Positions 48,836-63,836 of a stretch of 64,000 nt of DNA are shown here, in pieces. Source of the DNA: Octopus vulgaris (taxonomy: Eukaryota); assembly GCA_951406725.2 (NCBI GenBank), contig OX597836.1:32612001-32676000 (forward strand), given 5' to 3'. The position numbers and the translations under genes were made by a program. The number at the start of each line of letters is the position of its first letter. Position 1 is the first letter of the stretch. The notes beneath the pieces are model-generated. The model was not told the DNA's origin. It did no database searches and saw nothing but the letters and a program-made list of their open reading frames with translations.

Positions 48836-49721
48836 TATATATGTATATGTGTGCGTGTGTGTGTGTGTGTGCATGCGTGCATGTATGTGTGTATGGAAAT
48901 GAGGTTTGCTTCCACATCACAAGTAGGCATGTAAAATTGGTTTTGTGGTTGAAATGCACCTGGGTCTGAAAATTAATTTTAGTTTCATTTAAAATTTTTT
49001 TCTATAATTTATTAAAATAGCATACAATTTTTTCACCAACTTCTTCATTTTTCAGTGGTGAATTAAAAAAATAGAAAAAAAAGAACAAATTATAAGTTCA
49101 AATTGGAGAGAATGCACGGGGAAATGTTCTATAGCATCAAAACATGTTTGAAAATCAATTGTTCAAAAAGTGTCATAGCAAAATTACATGATGAAAATTC
49201 AAGTATTCAATAAATTTCACAGCAATAAGAAATTATGAAAGTTCAAATGTTTAATAAATTTCATAACAATAATACATAATAGAAATTTCAAAGATCAGTA
49301 AGTTTCAAATCAATAAGTTGTGTTAGCGATCAGATATGAGGAAAATTTTAAAGATGAAAAAAATTAATTTACATGTTTTTATATTGAGCGAGGAATTCTA
49401 AATTGTCTGGTTTATTTGTGGAACTTGGACTATGTTCCAAGTGAAGATTTACAACCATTTTCACATCCACTTTTCCATGCTTGCATGGGTCTGAGGGAAT
49501 TTATTGAGGCAGAACATCTTTATGGCTGGATGCCCATCCTGTCACCAACCCTCACTTGTTTCCAATTAAGGTAATATTTACTCATGGTCAGATAATGTTT
49601 TTGCAGAATATTGGAAATGAATGACATTGATTTATAACAATCATTTGATGTCAAAACAAGGAGACACATACATATATATAACTACATCTATCTATCTATC
49701 TATAACTATATGTATAAATAA

Positions 49722-49762
<41 letters not shown>

Positions 49763-49804
49763 GGTTCTTTTTCTTTCCTGATGAGAAGATTACATTATTT
49801 GACA

Positions 49805-50222
49805 CTCTTTTACTCTTTTACTTGTTTCAGTCATTTGACTGCGGCCATGCTGGAGCACTGCCTTTAGTCGAGCAAATCGACCCCGGGACTTATTCTTTGT
49901 AAGCCCAGTACTTATTCTATCGGTCTCTTTTGCTGAACCACTAAGTGACGGGGACGTAAACACACCAGCATCGGTTGTCAAGCAATGCTAGGGGGACAAA
50001 CACAGACACACAAACATATACACACACATATATATATATACATATATATGCATATATACGACAGGCTTCTTTCAGTTTCCATCTACCAAATCCACTCACA
50101 AGGCATTAGTCGGCCCGAGGTTATAGCAGAAGACACTTGCCCAAGGTGCCACGCAGTGGGACTGAACCCGGAACCATGTGGTTGGTAAGCAAGCTACTTA
50201 CCACACAGCCACTCCTGCGCCT
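49805..50222 (-). mobile_element. tRNA-derived SINE family B, full-length CpG-rich (young) copy
   Basis: Reverse complement of the family B sequence, with retained CpGs. Confidence 0.85.
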
Positions 50223-50325
50223 ATTCCTGTTTATTCCTTTGGAATAAAACCAATATTATCTTCGAAACTTATGTCGAAAGTAAAAGAATTTTAATAACAT
50301 CTGCATTCAACTCCATTTATTTACT

Positions 50326-50396
<71 letters not shown>

Positions 50397-51824
50397 ATAT
50401 GTATACATATATAAACACATCTTGGGCTCCCCTCAGTTTCTGAATACCAAATCCTCTCACAATATTTTGGTCGGCCCAGAGTTATAGTAGAAGACACTTG
50501 CCTAAGGTGCCATGCTGTTGGACTGAACTTAGGTAATAATAGTCACACCTGTTCCTATTATTGCTGTGTTTATTTAAGTTTTAAGGCAGAGGTTCAAATC
50601 CTGACTGGTTATTTACTCAGACATTAAAAAAAAAAAAAAAAATTATACTCAAGCATAAACAACCCCCGTCATGATGCAAGCTGTGCCAATGTGAGATTCC
50701 CAGAGATGAACTTCACTCAGACACACACACATACACACTCACCTCAGACCACACACTCATGCATACATACATACACACATACTCACACATGTACACAGAC
50801 ATGCACACACGCAAACACACATGCTCACACACATATTCATACACATACATATCTATCTATATCTATCATCTCCACTCAGCTGGCAAAAATGAGTAACACT
50901 GCGATGGACTGGCATCCCATCCAGCTGGGGAACACATACGCCACTGAAACTGGGAAACTGGGCCCATGAGCCCAGCTAGGTTTAAAAGGGCGCATTTATT
51001 TAAGGAGGCACAATGGCCCAGTGGTTAGGGCAGCGGACTTGTGGTCGGAGGATCGCCATTTTGATTCCCAGATCGGGCGTTGTGTGTGTTTATGGAGTGA
51101 AAACACCTAAAAAAGCTGCACTAGGCTCTGGCAGGGGGGGGGGCCCTGTTGTACTCTTTTGCCACAAATTTCTCTCACTCTCTCTTCCTGTTTCTTGAGT
51201 AATGCGGCGATGGACTGGTGTCCCATCCAGCTGTGGGGAAGACATACGCCACAGAAACCGGGAAACTGGGCTCATTAGCCTGGTTAGGCTTGAGAAGGGT
51301 GAAAGAAAAAAGAATATCTATTATCAACATCATCATCATTTAACATCCATTTTCCATGGTTTGATAGGAGCTGGCAAGTCAGAAGAGTGCACCAAGCTTT
51401 GCTGTCTGTTTTGGTATAGTTTCTATGCCTGGATACCCTCCTTAATGCTAGTCAATACATACATACATACATACATATATCATCATTATTGCTTAACATC
51501 TGCCTTCCATGCTGGCATGGGTTAGATAGTTTGACAGGAGTTGACTAGGCTGGAACCTGCACCAGACTTCTGTCTGTTTTGGCAGGGTTTTTATGGCTGG
51601 ATGCCCTTCCTAACACCTCACCCCCCAGCAGAGTGGATTGAATGCTTTTTACATAGCACCAGCACAAGCGAGGTTAATTTTGACAAGGTTTTTACAGTTG
51701 GATGCCCTTCCAAATGCCAACCACTTCACAGTGTGGACTGAATGCTTTTTACATGACATCAGCACTGTATATATACACACACACACACATATATATATAT
51801 ACACACACACATGTGTATATGTGA

Positions 51825-51862
<38 letters not shown>

Positions 51863-52603
51863 TTGCATTCATGCAAAAATGTACGTATGTATATGCATTC
51901 CCATGCATATATATACTCTATTATCAAGCAATAATGTATCCAGTAATTTCTTGATATTTTTATCCTCATATCATTATCACTTTCTTCTATTTAATTAATT
52001 TTATTTCATTTCTAGTTTCATCACTTTTTTTTTATTTATTTGGTATTTACTTATTCCTATTCCATCAGTTTTCGCTTCCATTTCCTTCGACTTCCTTACT
52101 AAGAAAAGGAAACAACTTAATTTCATTAAGAATGTCACCCGCTACAACAGATATATTCAGCAGACATGAACTCCGTCGATTTGTTTGTTTGGATTGTTAC
52201 AATTTCCTTCCTTTCACTATTGAATTGAATTGTTTAATGAGGCTTTATTTAATGTCTGAATTGAACAGGAAATTTATTGGAACATTATATTCTATGAGAT
52301 CCTTTACTATTTTGTTATAAAAATACTTACACACACACACACACACACAGACACTCACATGCACAAACATGTATATACATATATACATATACATAGAACT
52401 TAATGTGATCAATACAATAATAGTATATATATGAATACAAAGCTCAGTGTCATCATAATTTTGTGTGTGTGTGTGCGTGTGTGTGTTTGTGTGTGTGTGT
52501 ATGTGCGCGTGTGTGTGTGTTTGTGTGTTTGTGTGTGTGTGTGCGTGTGTTTGTGTTTGTGTGTGTGTATAACTTGATGTAATTATGATGATAAGTATAT
52601 ATG

Positions 52604-52907
52604 GGTACTACTTAAGAAGAGTGGTCCCGGTGCACGCACTTGCGTACTCGCTCATCCGCGCTAGCTAGTTGTGACTAGTCGATCTACAATGACTACCTAG
52701 CAAAGTAAATAAATCATTTTTTTACACAAAGTAATTAATTTTTTTTTAACAAAGTAAAAAAAAAAAAAACACAAAGTAAATAATTTTTCTAAACAAAGTA
52801 AATAAAATGAAAAAACACAAAATAAGGATCGACTAGTCATGACTAGCTAGCGCAGATGCACGAGTACACGAGTGCACGCACTGGGACCACTCTTCTTAAG
52901 TAGTACC
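52604..52907. mobile_element. MITE with ~80-bp TIRs
   Basis: ggtactacttaagaagagtggtccc...gggaccactcttcttaagtagtacc; TA-repeat flanks; internal acaaagtaaataa repeats. Confidence 0.85.
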
Positions 52908-53106
52908 GTATATATGTATACACATATACACACACATTACACATATTGACACACTTTATATATATATACATACACACACATACACACATACATGACATAT
53001 GCGTGGTGGGGGTTATATATGTGTATATTTGTATATAGCTTTTGTGATTACAGTAAAAATAAATGTTAAAATATTTCCTAAGTGTTCTCTTCTTGTATTT
53101 TTCCAG

Positions 53107-53230
53107 GAACATTACAAGAAAGATGATTTAACTGGTGAAGGGGATACCAGAGATTCTCCAAGTCACAAGATCAAACCCTCTGAAGAGACCACACCCTACG
53201 GTGCCATTCCAAATGGCAAACCAAACACAG
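53107..53230 (+). CDS. OTOF: Otoferlin-like ferlin, internal exon (linker)
   Basis: ttccag|GAA...ACAG|gtgaga; 124 nt, phase 0-1. EHYKKDDLTGEGDTRDSPSHKIKPSEETTPYGAIPNGKPNT; phase matches the next exon. Confidence 0.85.
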
Positions 53231-54740
53231 GTGAGAGAAGGAGAAATAAAAACAATGAAAGTATATTAACTCATTTGTGACCACACGTCTAATTAAATTC
53301 CGCATGGCACAGCATGTGAAAATGCTGGCCCTCTGAAATACAGGTACAACTCATTTTCACCAGCTGAGTGGACTGGAGCAATGTGAAATAAAGTGTCTTG
53401 CTCAAGGAAACAATTCACTGCTGGAATCGAACTCATGGCCTTATGATTGAGAGCCAAATACTCTAACCACTAAGCCATGCACTTTTCTGTATTGTAGACA
53501 ATATGGGTTTATTGTAGACAATAAACACACTAATAGGCCTGAATGATGTCCCTGGACCATTAAACACATGTTCCTGATTCATTACACTTCATCAGCTAAG
53601 TATACCAAGTTGTCATTCATGGCCACTGAGAACTAGCTGCTGTTATATTAGAAGCTGTTTGTACATCAGCAAATTTACCACTTGCTTTTCTAATATAAAG
53701 AACAAGCAGCTCTTTGTGACTATGAAAGATGGCTCAGTATACCTAGCTGATGAAGTTTAGCAACACAGAAATGCATGCATCCTATGGTCTGGTGTCATCA
53801 TTCATGGCCTAGTGGTGTGTTTACGTCCATATTGTCTAAAAGGAGAATTTCTTCTCTCAAGACAATTTGTGCAGCTTGTTGTCTTTTCATACCCGGATAT
53901 AAATGTTTTGTTTGTTCCTTCTCAAGCCACACCTGGCTCATAAGGACCGATTTCCCAGTTTCCTTGGCATATAGGTTACCCACCTGGACAGGACACCAGT
54001 CCGTTGCAGGTGAGCTGCTAGATGCAGGTGGAAAGAGTGAGAGAAAGTTGTGGTAAAAGAGTCAGCAGAAGTTCGCCATTACCTTCTGCTGGAGCTGCGT
54101 GGAGCTTAGGTGTTTCACTCATAAACATACATCGCCCAGTCTAAGACTTGAACCCACGATCCCTCGACCGCGAGTCTGCTGCTCTAACCACTCTGGATAT
54201 AAATGCTCATGTTAAATATAATCGTACATAACTGTATTTTATGTAACATTGCTTAATGCACCACTAATTAATTTATTCTAGCTTGACAAAGTTTTTAGCA
54301 CATCAGCAAATGTACCATTTGCTATTCTAATACAAGAGCAACCAGCTCTTAGTGGCCATGAGCACCAGCTCTGTATACATAGCTGATGAAGTGTAACAAC
54401 GCTGAAATGCAGGCAGCTTATGGTTTAGTGATGTCATTCCACACACGATGGTGTGTTTACACCCATAATTTCTATAAGGAGAATTTCTTCACTCAAGACA
54501 TCTTGTACAGCATATCGTCTTTTCCTGTCTGAATTTCACTCAAACAGGTTGTATATGACCATATTAACGTTGGTATCGGTTCTTTCTGTGCTCTTGACTA
54601 CATTGGGCAACAAATTGATGCCACTGGTTTCCCTTGGCTGCGATCTTGTCAACATCCACCCACATTACTATATATGATTATATTTTCCTAATATGCTGTA
54701 TTTTGCCCTCTATTTTCTATTTTATTTATTGTTTTTCCAG

Positions 54741-54934
54741 ATGATCCAGAATATGATGCTAAACATGCCAAGAAAATGGAAAAAGAACTGAAAAAGATGG
54801 AGAAAAGAGAAGCTGCCCTATCTGGAAAGATGGCCTTTCGTAGCACATCTAAGGGTACTTCTTTAGCTTCGAAACTTTCTCCAAAGACCCAACGCAAGAA
54901 GGACAAACTTTTAAGTGCCACCTCACAACTAAAG
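54741..54934 (+). CDS. OTOF: Otoferlin-like ferlin, internal exon (Lys-rich linker before C2E)
   Basis: ttccag|AT...AAG|gttagt; 194 nt, phase 1-0. (D)[29 protein letters not shown]...LSATSQLK ends in LK like the otoferlin ...ELK junction. The next exon was not found in the window. Confidence 0.88.
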
Positions 54935-57900
54935 GTTAGTATATGTATGCGCTTGCATATATGCACATATATATACACATACATGCATATATATGTGTGT
55001 GTGTATATATATATATAAACACACACATATATATACATACATATATGTATACATACATATATATATATACACATATATATATATACATGTGTGTATATAT
55101 ATGTATGTATGTATATATATCTTTTTTCTGGTTTGTATAGTTATTTTATATATTTCTTCATTAAAAGTAAAACATGTTTACATCTGTTAGTGTTAGCATA
55201 GATCTGTTTAGCCTGGCAAATATTTAAACCTCAATGACATCGTTTTGGATGTGGAGATGTTCCACTATTACTATTAAATGAAAATTATTAAATACTAATT
55301 AGTAGATGGTGGTGGTGATGATGGTATCAATAATAGCAATTCTTCCTTTTTGGGCCACAAGGGCCCCCCAAAAAAAGGACCATACAAAGACAAAGGACTG
55401 TGTCAATTTGCATAGAAATATGTAAGCAATAAAAATGATAACAATTTAGTAGAAAAATCTTAAACAAATTCCCCAGTAGTGGGGAAAATGCCACCCAGGA
55501 GCAGTCAAGGAGCTCCTCAGGTTAGAGTAGGCCATCTTTACCACATTCACCCACCTTTCAAAAATTTACTGAGACCCAGCATGTCCTTCTCAACCCTCAT
55601 CTTCCTTTTCAAATGGAATCTAAATCCATTTCAAATGGATTTAATTCTACTGCACAGGTGCTCTACTGAGATAAGTGCAGGCCCAGATTTGTGTATGGGT
55701 CAATATCAGCCATGGCCCTCTGAGTCATAGGGTTAGAGCTCTTAGGTATCTACTCCAGAACCAGTCATCATTATGCTTTCCAACTGGATCCCCTAACATG
55801 CCCCTGGGCTCTCGCTGGTTAGTTCAGCTTGAAGAATCTGTCTTGCAAATCTTTTCTGCAAAATTCTAATCACATGTCTGCAGTACTAGAACTGTGATTT
55901 CTCAATGCAGAGAAGCAATGGCTCAATCCGGAGAAACTCAATGAAACATAGATATTATCCAACCATCTGATTTTTTAACAACCATCGGAGGGAGAAGCGC
56001 TCCTCACAAATGCATGTTCGTGAGACGGTTGTGATGTGTAAACAGTTTTAAGTAGGAACTGGAAAGGGAAGTCTGAACGTGCACTGTATATGTGCACACT
56101 GAATTCATAAAATGGAAGAGAAGAATAAAACAAGTTATGTGATGATCTGCATGACACATCTGACACCACTACCATGCAGCTTTGCTGCAATTTTCTTGTT
56201 GGTCTACCTGATAGGTTTCCTGCAAGTTGGCTTAGATTGAGGAATCTATTTTTCAGTTCTTTCTTGGGACATTCTAATCACATTCCATAATACTGGAGCT
56301 GCAACATCTCAATGCAGAGAAATAGCAGCTCGAGCTGAAGAGACTTCCTGATCTCTGAGCTACATACTCAATCAAATACCATTACTTAAGAGATCCTTCA
56401 AAGAAACCTCATTTTGTCTATTTGTAGTCACAATCATACTCTTTCCGTCATTACCCAACATTTATGACTAAAGGTGAAGAAAGGCACAAAGAACCAAACT
56501 TTGGCTTTTTTTTACCAACATCTCTTCTAAGAATTGAATGTTGGAACTTGATATCCTTGGTTTTAAATCCTTTTTCAACCAACTTTCCCTTCAATTCAAA
56601 CATACACTACGTGATCAGTAATATGGTATTTTTCAGATATACTATTCTTACCTCTTCTTAATCCTTTGTCATTGATGTCATACCTTTACAAAAGCAATGT
56701 CATTGTTATCAATAATACATCTTTGATTTTAAGTATTTGCCTTTAGTTGCATGTTTTTTTTGTTGTTGTTTTTTTCCCTCTTTACTAGGTATATCGATTT
56801 TATTATATAATTCTTTAATAAAATTTGTTTTGTGAAAAGAGGTTTTTGGTGCCAGATTTAGAGATTCCCTTATATTTAACTGTGATTGATGTTATGAATA
56901 CTAAAACAACTTATGGGTATAGAAACATACATATATTTATATGTGTATATGTGTCATTTGTAATTATGCATGTGTCTTCACACGAACACATACACACACA
57001 AAGGTGAAATTCCGATTCTGTTATAATGGACTCTAATATGGGTACATCATCATCATCATCATCATAATTTAACATCCGTTGTCCATGCTGGTGTGAGCTG
57101 GATGGTTTGACCAGGCTTGAAATCTTCAAGGCTGCACCAGACTCCAGTCTGATTTGGCATGGTTTTCTATGGCTGGATGCCCTTCCTAATGCCAACCACT
57201 CTGAGAGTGTAATGGGTGCTTTTACATACCATTGGCATGGGTGCCATTTGCGTAACGCCAGTATCTTCCACTACTCTCACTGCATTCACCCATCACTCCT
57301 CTGTCTCTTTTCCCTCACTGCATTCTCCCCACTGCTTCTCTTCCACTTCAGCATTCTCTCATCTCCTTCTTTGTTGACAACCCTTTCCCTCATACTTTTT
57401 ACCTACATTTGTCTATTTATTATCGAAGTCTCATATAAAATAATTTTTGTTTTAATCTTGGAATTAAATGGGCTTTGATTTACTGTCAGGTGACTTTTTG
57501 CCAAACTTGTACGTAACCAACGGAGTGCCAGTTGTTGTTGCTGTTGTTGTTCTCTAATTCGAGCCTACTCTAAGCTACTAAGAATGCGTGTGGCAACTTG
57601 AAGATCCACTCACCACACACAATAGACTGGTGGTTGCACAGGTATTAAAGCTACGTTGTTATCCTCATTCCATAAACCGTGGCTTTTAACGGGTGGAGAG
57701 CTGAATCATCCTGGGGTACAGAGGATTCGCAATCTAGACTAGGGTCTGAAAGTTTACCACACCATAGTGGGTTACACCATGGTTATGAAGTTATCTTGCT
57801 TATATGAAAATCATGAAAAACCACAATTTTTCTCCAATTGATAAATCATCCACTTGCTGTGTGTCTTCAAAACAACGAATAGAAGTTCCTGGCTTGAAAA

Positions 57901-58959
57901 ATAGACAAATGCTAACCTCAGGAAGGGCATCTGGCAGTAAAACAATTCCTCAGTAACAAACTCGTCTAACCCATGGAAAAGCGGATGTAAAAAAAAAAAA
58001 AGAATAATCGCTTTTCTTTATATTTTTAGTCTCTGGTTTATTTTATAATTTTTTTCCTTTTCTCTATATTTTAATTTTACTAATTGTATCCAGAAAATTT
58101 GAGAATGCATTTTATCCACTTACGTAAAATACATAATTCACGAAATTTAATTCTGAAGCATTCCTAATAATATAAATAGTCCCTGAACAGTTCTTTATTC
58201 TGGCACCAGACTCATCTATAATTTTGTATTCCTCTTTGTTATAAACATACGACGTAAACACATTTAAACCGAAAGCTACTTTATTTTCGAAGTAGGGTTA
58301 CAAAAATTCAGTATAAACATCTAACTTCTTTTCCAGCAGTTTTTATATACTTTCATACTCAAGAAGAAGAAAAAAACCACCATAAACTGTATACATATTT
58401 TGTGTGTTCAGCTACGTTGTTAGCTATATATGTATATATTTACTAAGTCCGAAAGAAGTTTGAAATGAGAGTAATCTCCCTTAGACTCTTGCTTGACTTA
58501 ACTCCCTTGCTTTTATTGATTTCCTTTTCTTTTTCTTTCGTTTCTTTTCAATTAACGGCATGAAAGCATAGCTTTTAGTTCTTCCTTTAGATTTTGTTAA
58601 TGTTATTAGAGTTAGCTGTGCTTTCGTAAATCGTTAGTCTATATCAACAACATCAGATATGATTTACCTAAACATAATTTCCTTCTAAGGCGCGAATGTG
58701 TATAAATGTGTATATAAATATAATTTATGTATGTATACATTTAGATGTGTCTGTTTGTGTGTGTGTGTGTGTGTGTGTTGAGTGCTACAAGTGATGTACA
58801 GATATTGTTTATCAAGAAGGAGACAGTCAGAACTTAGAATAATTCTTTACTTGCGCTTTCGTTCGTTTAGTCGAACTCTTCAAAATAACTTGAAGAGTTC
58901 GACTGAACAGACGAGAGCGCTAATAAAGAATTATCCAAAATTCTGACTGCCTCTTTGTT

Positions 58960-59049
<90 letters not shown>

Positions 59050-59215
59050 TTATGAGTGTGTGCGTGTACGTACTTACAAAAATTTCGAAATTTAGTTCGG
59101 AACCCATTATTATAAATAAACACTCCCTCAATAATACTTCTTTAATCTTGCACTAAATACATCTGCAAATTTTTTCCTCTTTTTAATAAACTGTAACTTA
59201 CTATATAATAAACAC

Positions 59216-59267
<52 letters not shown>

Positions 59268-59344
59268 CATTTATTTATATATTTATGTATGTTTATATAT
59301 ATATATATATATATTTATACATATCTTTATATATTTATATATAT

Positions 59345-59381
<37 letters not shown>

Positions 59382-60445
59382 TATTTATATATATATATAT
59401 ATAGATAGATAGATAGATAGATATACATATACATATATACAAATATATATAGTTTACTGTTCCGTTATAGGTAGGCTCAACAAAAAAAAAACAACATTCT
59501 ATGCATTAAGAGATAAATATAACCTAATATACACAATTTAAAGAAGGACTACTGGTTTTTGAATTGAACTCACAGTATACACAGAGCCTCAAAGATTGCT
59601 TGGAGACGCATGCCATCTTATATAAATTTGCAGAATTATTCTTTCTCTCCAGCATGAAACTATTAGTAGGTCTTATTTAAATTGTGTATATTAAATTATA
59701 TGTATGTATGTATGCATTAAAACTTTCTCATGCTTTTCAAACTTTCAAGTCGACACAGGTTTTGCTGTATGTTTCAGAAGTTCACTTCTCAATTCTATAA
59801 CAATGAGTTTTAGTCCCGCTCTACAATACCTTGTGCAAGTGTCTTCTCCCATTTCTTTGGTCTTTTAATTCTTTCAATCATTTGACTGTGGCCAAGCTGG
59901 GGCATTCACATTTAGTTGTTTTATCTGAACAAGTCGATCTCAGTACTTTAGAATTTTTTTTGTTAAGTCTGATATTTAATCAGTTGGTTCCCTTTTTGCC
60001 AAACCACTAAGTCACAGGGATGTAAACAAACTAACACCAACCATCAAACAAGCACAACTACAACGACACACATATAGACGCACACATGATGAAATCTCCT
60101 GTTGAAGATGATATATGAGTGTTCCGTTTTTGCTGAATGACCTGCACAAATGGTTTCTTTATGGTGATCAAATGTATGGGCTGCACATTAGCCCAACCCT
60201 TCTTCATTTCTTTGGAATAATGGCTTTTGAAGCATATCACATGCAGCTATAAAGAATAGCATGTAAATATTGGTTGAAAAACCTCTTTGGAAAGGAAAAG
60301 CAGAAGGTTGTGTATGATGTGTCTTGAGAAACATTCTTCTAATAAAGAATTATTTCACATTCTCTAGAATGTTTATAGAATTCTTATGGCATTAATACCA
60401 ATCTATCCATCCATTCATCCATCCATCCATCTATCTATTACCTAT

Positions 60446-60513
<68 letters not shown>

Positions 60514-60521
60514 TCTATCTA

Positions 60522-60553
<32 letters not shown>

Positions 60554-60561
60554 TCTAGCTA

Positions 60562-60625
<64 letters not shown>

Positions 60626-60723
60626 TAGATATAGATATATATATATAGGGATATATATATATATATATATATGTATGTAGATAATATATATATATATATA
60701 TATATATATGGATAGATAGATAT

Positions 60724-60763
<40 letters not shown>

Positions 60764-60770
60764 ATATATG

Positions 60771-60818
<48 letters not shown>

Positions 60819-61200
60819 TGATGGTCTTCTTTCATTTTCCATCTACCAAATCCGCTCACAGTTTTTGGTCTGCCTATGGCTATAGTAGAAGACACTGGCC
60901 CAAGATAATGCACAATGGGACTAAACCCGGAACAATGCGGTTGGGACACAAACTTCTTACCTCACAGCCACACCTGCACCTATACTATTCCTTATTTAAT
61001 GCAAAGTGGACTAAGCAGAGTGAAATTGTCAAGATTTTGACTTATATGTATTATGCATCTTAATTTGATGTCCAGTATCACTGGGATTTTCTCAGGTAAC
61101 TTAATGTCTACACCTGTATGTAGGTGTGTGTGTATATGTGATTGTACATATACATATATATATATAGATATATATAATACATATATATAATATATATTAT

Positions 61201-61250
<50 letters not shown>

Positions 61251-61401
61251 ATATATATGTGTGTATGTATATATGCATATATATATACACACACACATAT
61301 ATGTGCATGTACATATATACATATATATATATGTATATTTTTATGTATGTACATATATATATTTATACACACACACATGTATATCTATGTGTTTGTGTAT
61401 G

Positions 61402-61439
<38 letters not shown>

Positions 61440-61593
61440 TCTATATCTATATATCTATATTTATATATATATATATATATATTGAACCTTACAAAGGTCT
61501 TGACAATTATTTTGTCGTATTTACATACCGAAATTTACCGGTAAATAATTGTTGGTTACATGAAAAACCACAGGAAAATCATTTACCATTTTT

Positions 61594-61645
<52 letters not shown>

Positions 61646-62246
61646 CATATTACATAAATCTATATATATATATATATTATATATATATATATATATATAT
61701 TACCTATATCTGTATATACACCAGGTAGAACATTTCAAACATCATTTACTAGATCCTCTTCAATTCTTATATCACTGAAATAAACCAAGCAGCTAACAAC
61801 GAGTGATAATAAACGGTCGATGAACTGCTATATCTTCAGGCACGCTTCTAATCCACTCCTCTTCGGACACATGCAGAAGAATTCCTGTCGTTATTGTTAT
61901 GTTTTATTTCACGTTAATTATTTTGTTGCTACCTTATATTAACAGCAAAAGATCAATTAACTATAATAATTGACAGGGCTTTTTCCCTCGAAAACTTACC
62001 CATCACGTCCCTGAAACTGAACAAATCCCTGAGGATGAAGGAGAAAAAAGTCGAAAGTCCTTGATAACGGTAACATTGATCTTTGAGGATTTTGGTTGCT
62101 TCAGCCTCCTTGGGATTCTTTCGTCCCCTGGTGATAGCTTCATCTATTACTCCTTGACATGCTCCTTTCCTATTTAATTAACGTCTCTCTATATATATAT
62201 ATATGTATATATGTATGCATGTATATATGTGTCTTTGTGTATATGC

Positions 62247-62278
<32 letters not shown>

Positions 62279-62993
62279 GAATACGTGTGTTTATATGTGT
62301 GGGTGGGAGGCTGTTGTGTGTGTATGTGTGTGTAATATTTCTTCTTAAATATATATGTATATATTTCTGCTCTTGCTCATATTTTATGTATGTGATGGTT
62401 TTTTCTTGATGTTGATTGTTTATTTTTCTTTCAACGCTTCGTCTCTCTTTTGGAATCAATGTAAAACAACAAAAGATCTATTTCTTTCTTTTTTTTTTTT
62501 TGTTAATTAATTATGTCTGAATTGAAATAACAACAAAAAAAAGGCAACATGACAGGTTCAGTTATTGTAATAAAAATTTTTTAATCAATGAAATATTTGC
62601 ACAGGTGTAGCTGTGGGATAAGGAGCTTGCTACTTAACCACACGGTTCTGAGTTCAGTCCTACTGCAAGGCACCTTGTGCAAGTGTCTTCAACTACAGTC
62701 CCAGATCGACCAGAGATTTGTGAGAGGAGTTAGTAGACAGAAACTGTAAAAATCTGACCATACATATACACACGCGTGCGCATGCGTGTATGTGTGTAGG
62801 CAAATCAAAAATAAAAACACAAACAACAAAAGTCGAAAGGATGTACTAAGTAAATGTATTATGTTGACGCCCTGTTTAAGATGGAAAAAAAATTGGCAGC
62901 GGGGTAACATCTCAAGCATGGCTCTTTGTCAGAAAGAGGAAAGAGTAAAGGTCCAGAGAGAAAGAAAAGAATAGTCTGAGAAAAGCACATGTG

Positions 62994-63032
<39 letters not shown>

Positions 63033-63165
63033 TAGACACATATAGACACACACACACATGTATACATATATTCATAAATGAGTGTGTGTGTGTATATATA
63101 TATTCCCATCGGCAGTTCCCCAGCATGGCCACAGCCTTAGGGCTGTAGCATGTAAGATAATTAAA

Positions 63166-63215
<50 letters not shown>

Positions 63216-63599
63216 TAGAAGACACCTACCTAAAATGCCATACAGTGGAACTGAACCCAAGACCTTATAGTTGGAAAGCAAACTCCTTACCACACAGTCA
63301 TGCCTGCGCATGTTTTCATTATTAACAGAAAAAGTTTCTTTTGTATCTTCCAAATATGTTTGATGGGCAAGCTGGTAGACACATTGGTACAGTAGACAAA
63401 AATCTTTAGCAGTATTCTTTCTTCCAGCTCTTTCTGTTCTGAGTTCAAATCCCACTGAGGTCAACTTTGCCTTTCATCCTTATCGAAGTCTATGAAATAA
63501 AGTACTTAGTTGGTTGTGATCGACTGACACCACCCCAAAAATTTGCTGGCTTTGTGCCATAATTTGAAACCATCATCATCATTATTATTATTATTATCA

Positions 63600-63654
<55 letters not shown>

Positions 63655-63778
63655 TATGAACTCAAATTCATCCTTTCGGGGTTGATAAATTAAGTACCAG
63701 TTATACACTGGGGTCAATGAAATCAACTTATTCTCTTCCCCTCCAAAAAATGGCTGACCTTGTGGCAAAATTTGCAAC

Positions 63779-63836
<58 letters not shown>

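Noticed and set aside
52104-52169. Possible alternative terminal exon (KRKQLNFIKNVTRYNRYIQQT*) after a pyrimidine tract
   Set aside because: Weak taag acceptor and no homology support; indistinguishable from chance.
62020-62065. CTGAGGA...GAAA hammerhead-like spacing
   Set aside because: Stem II is only about 2 bp and stems I and III are unconvincing.
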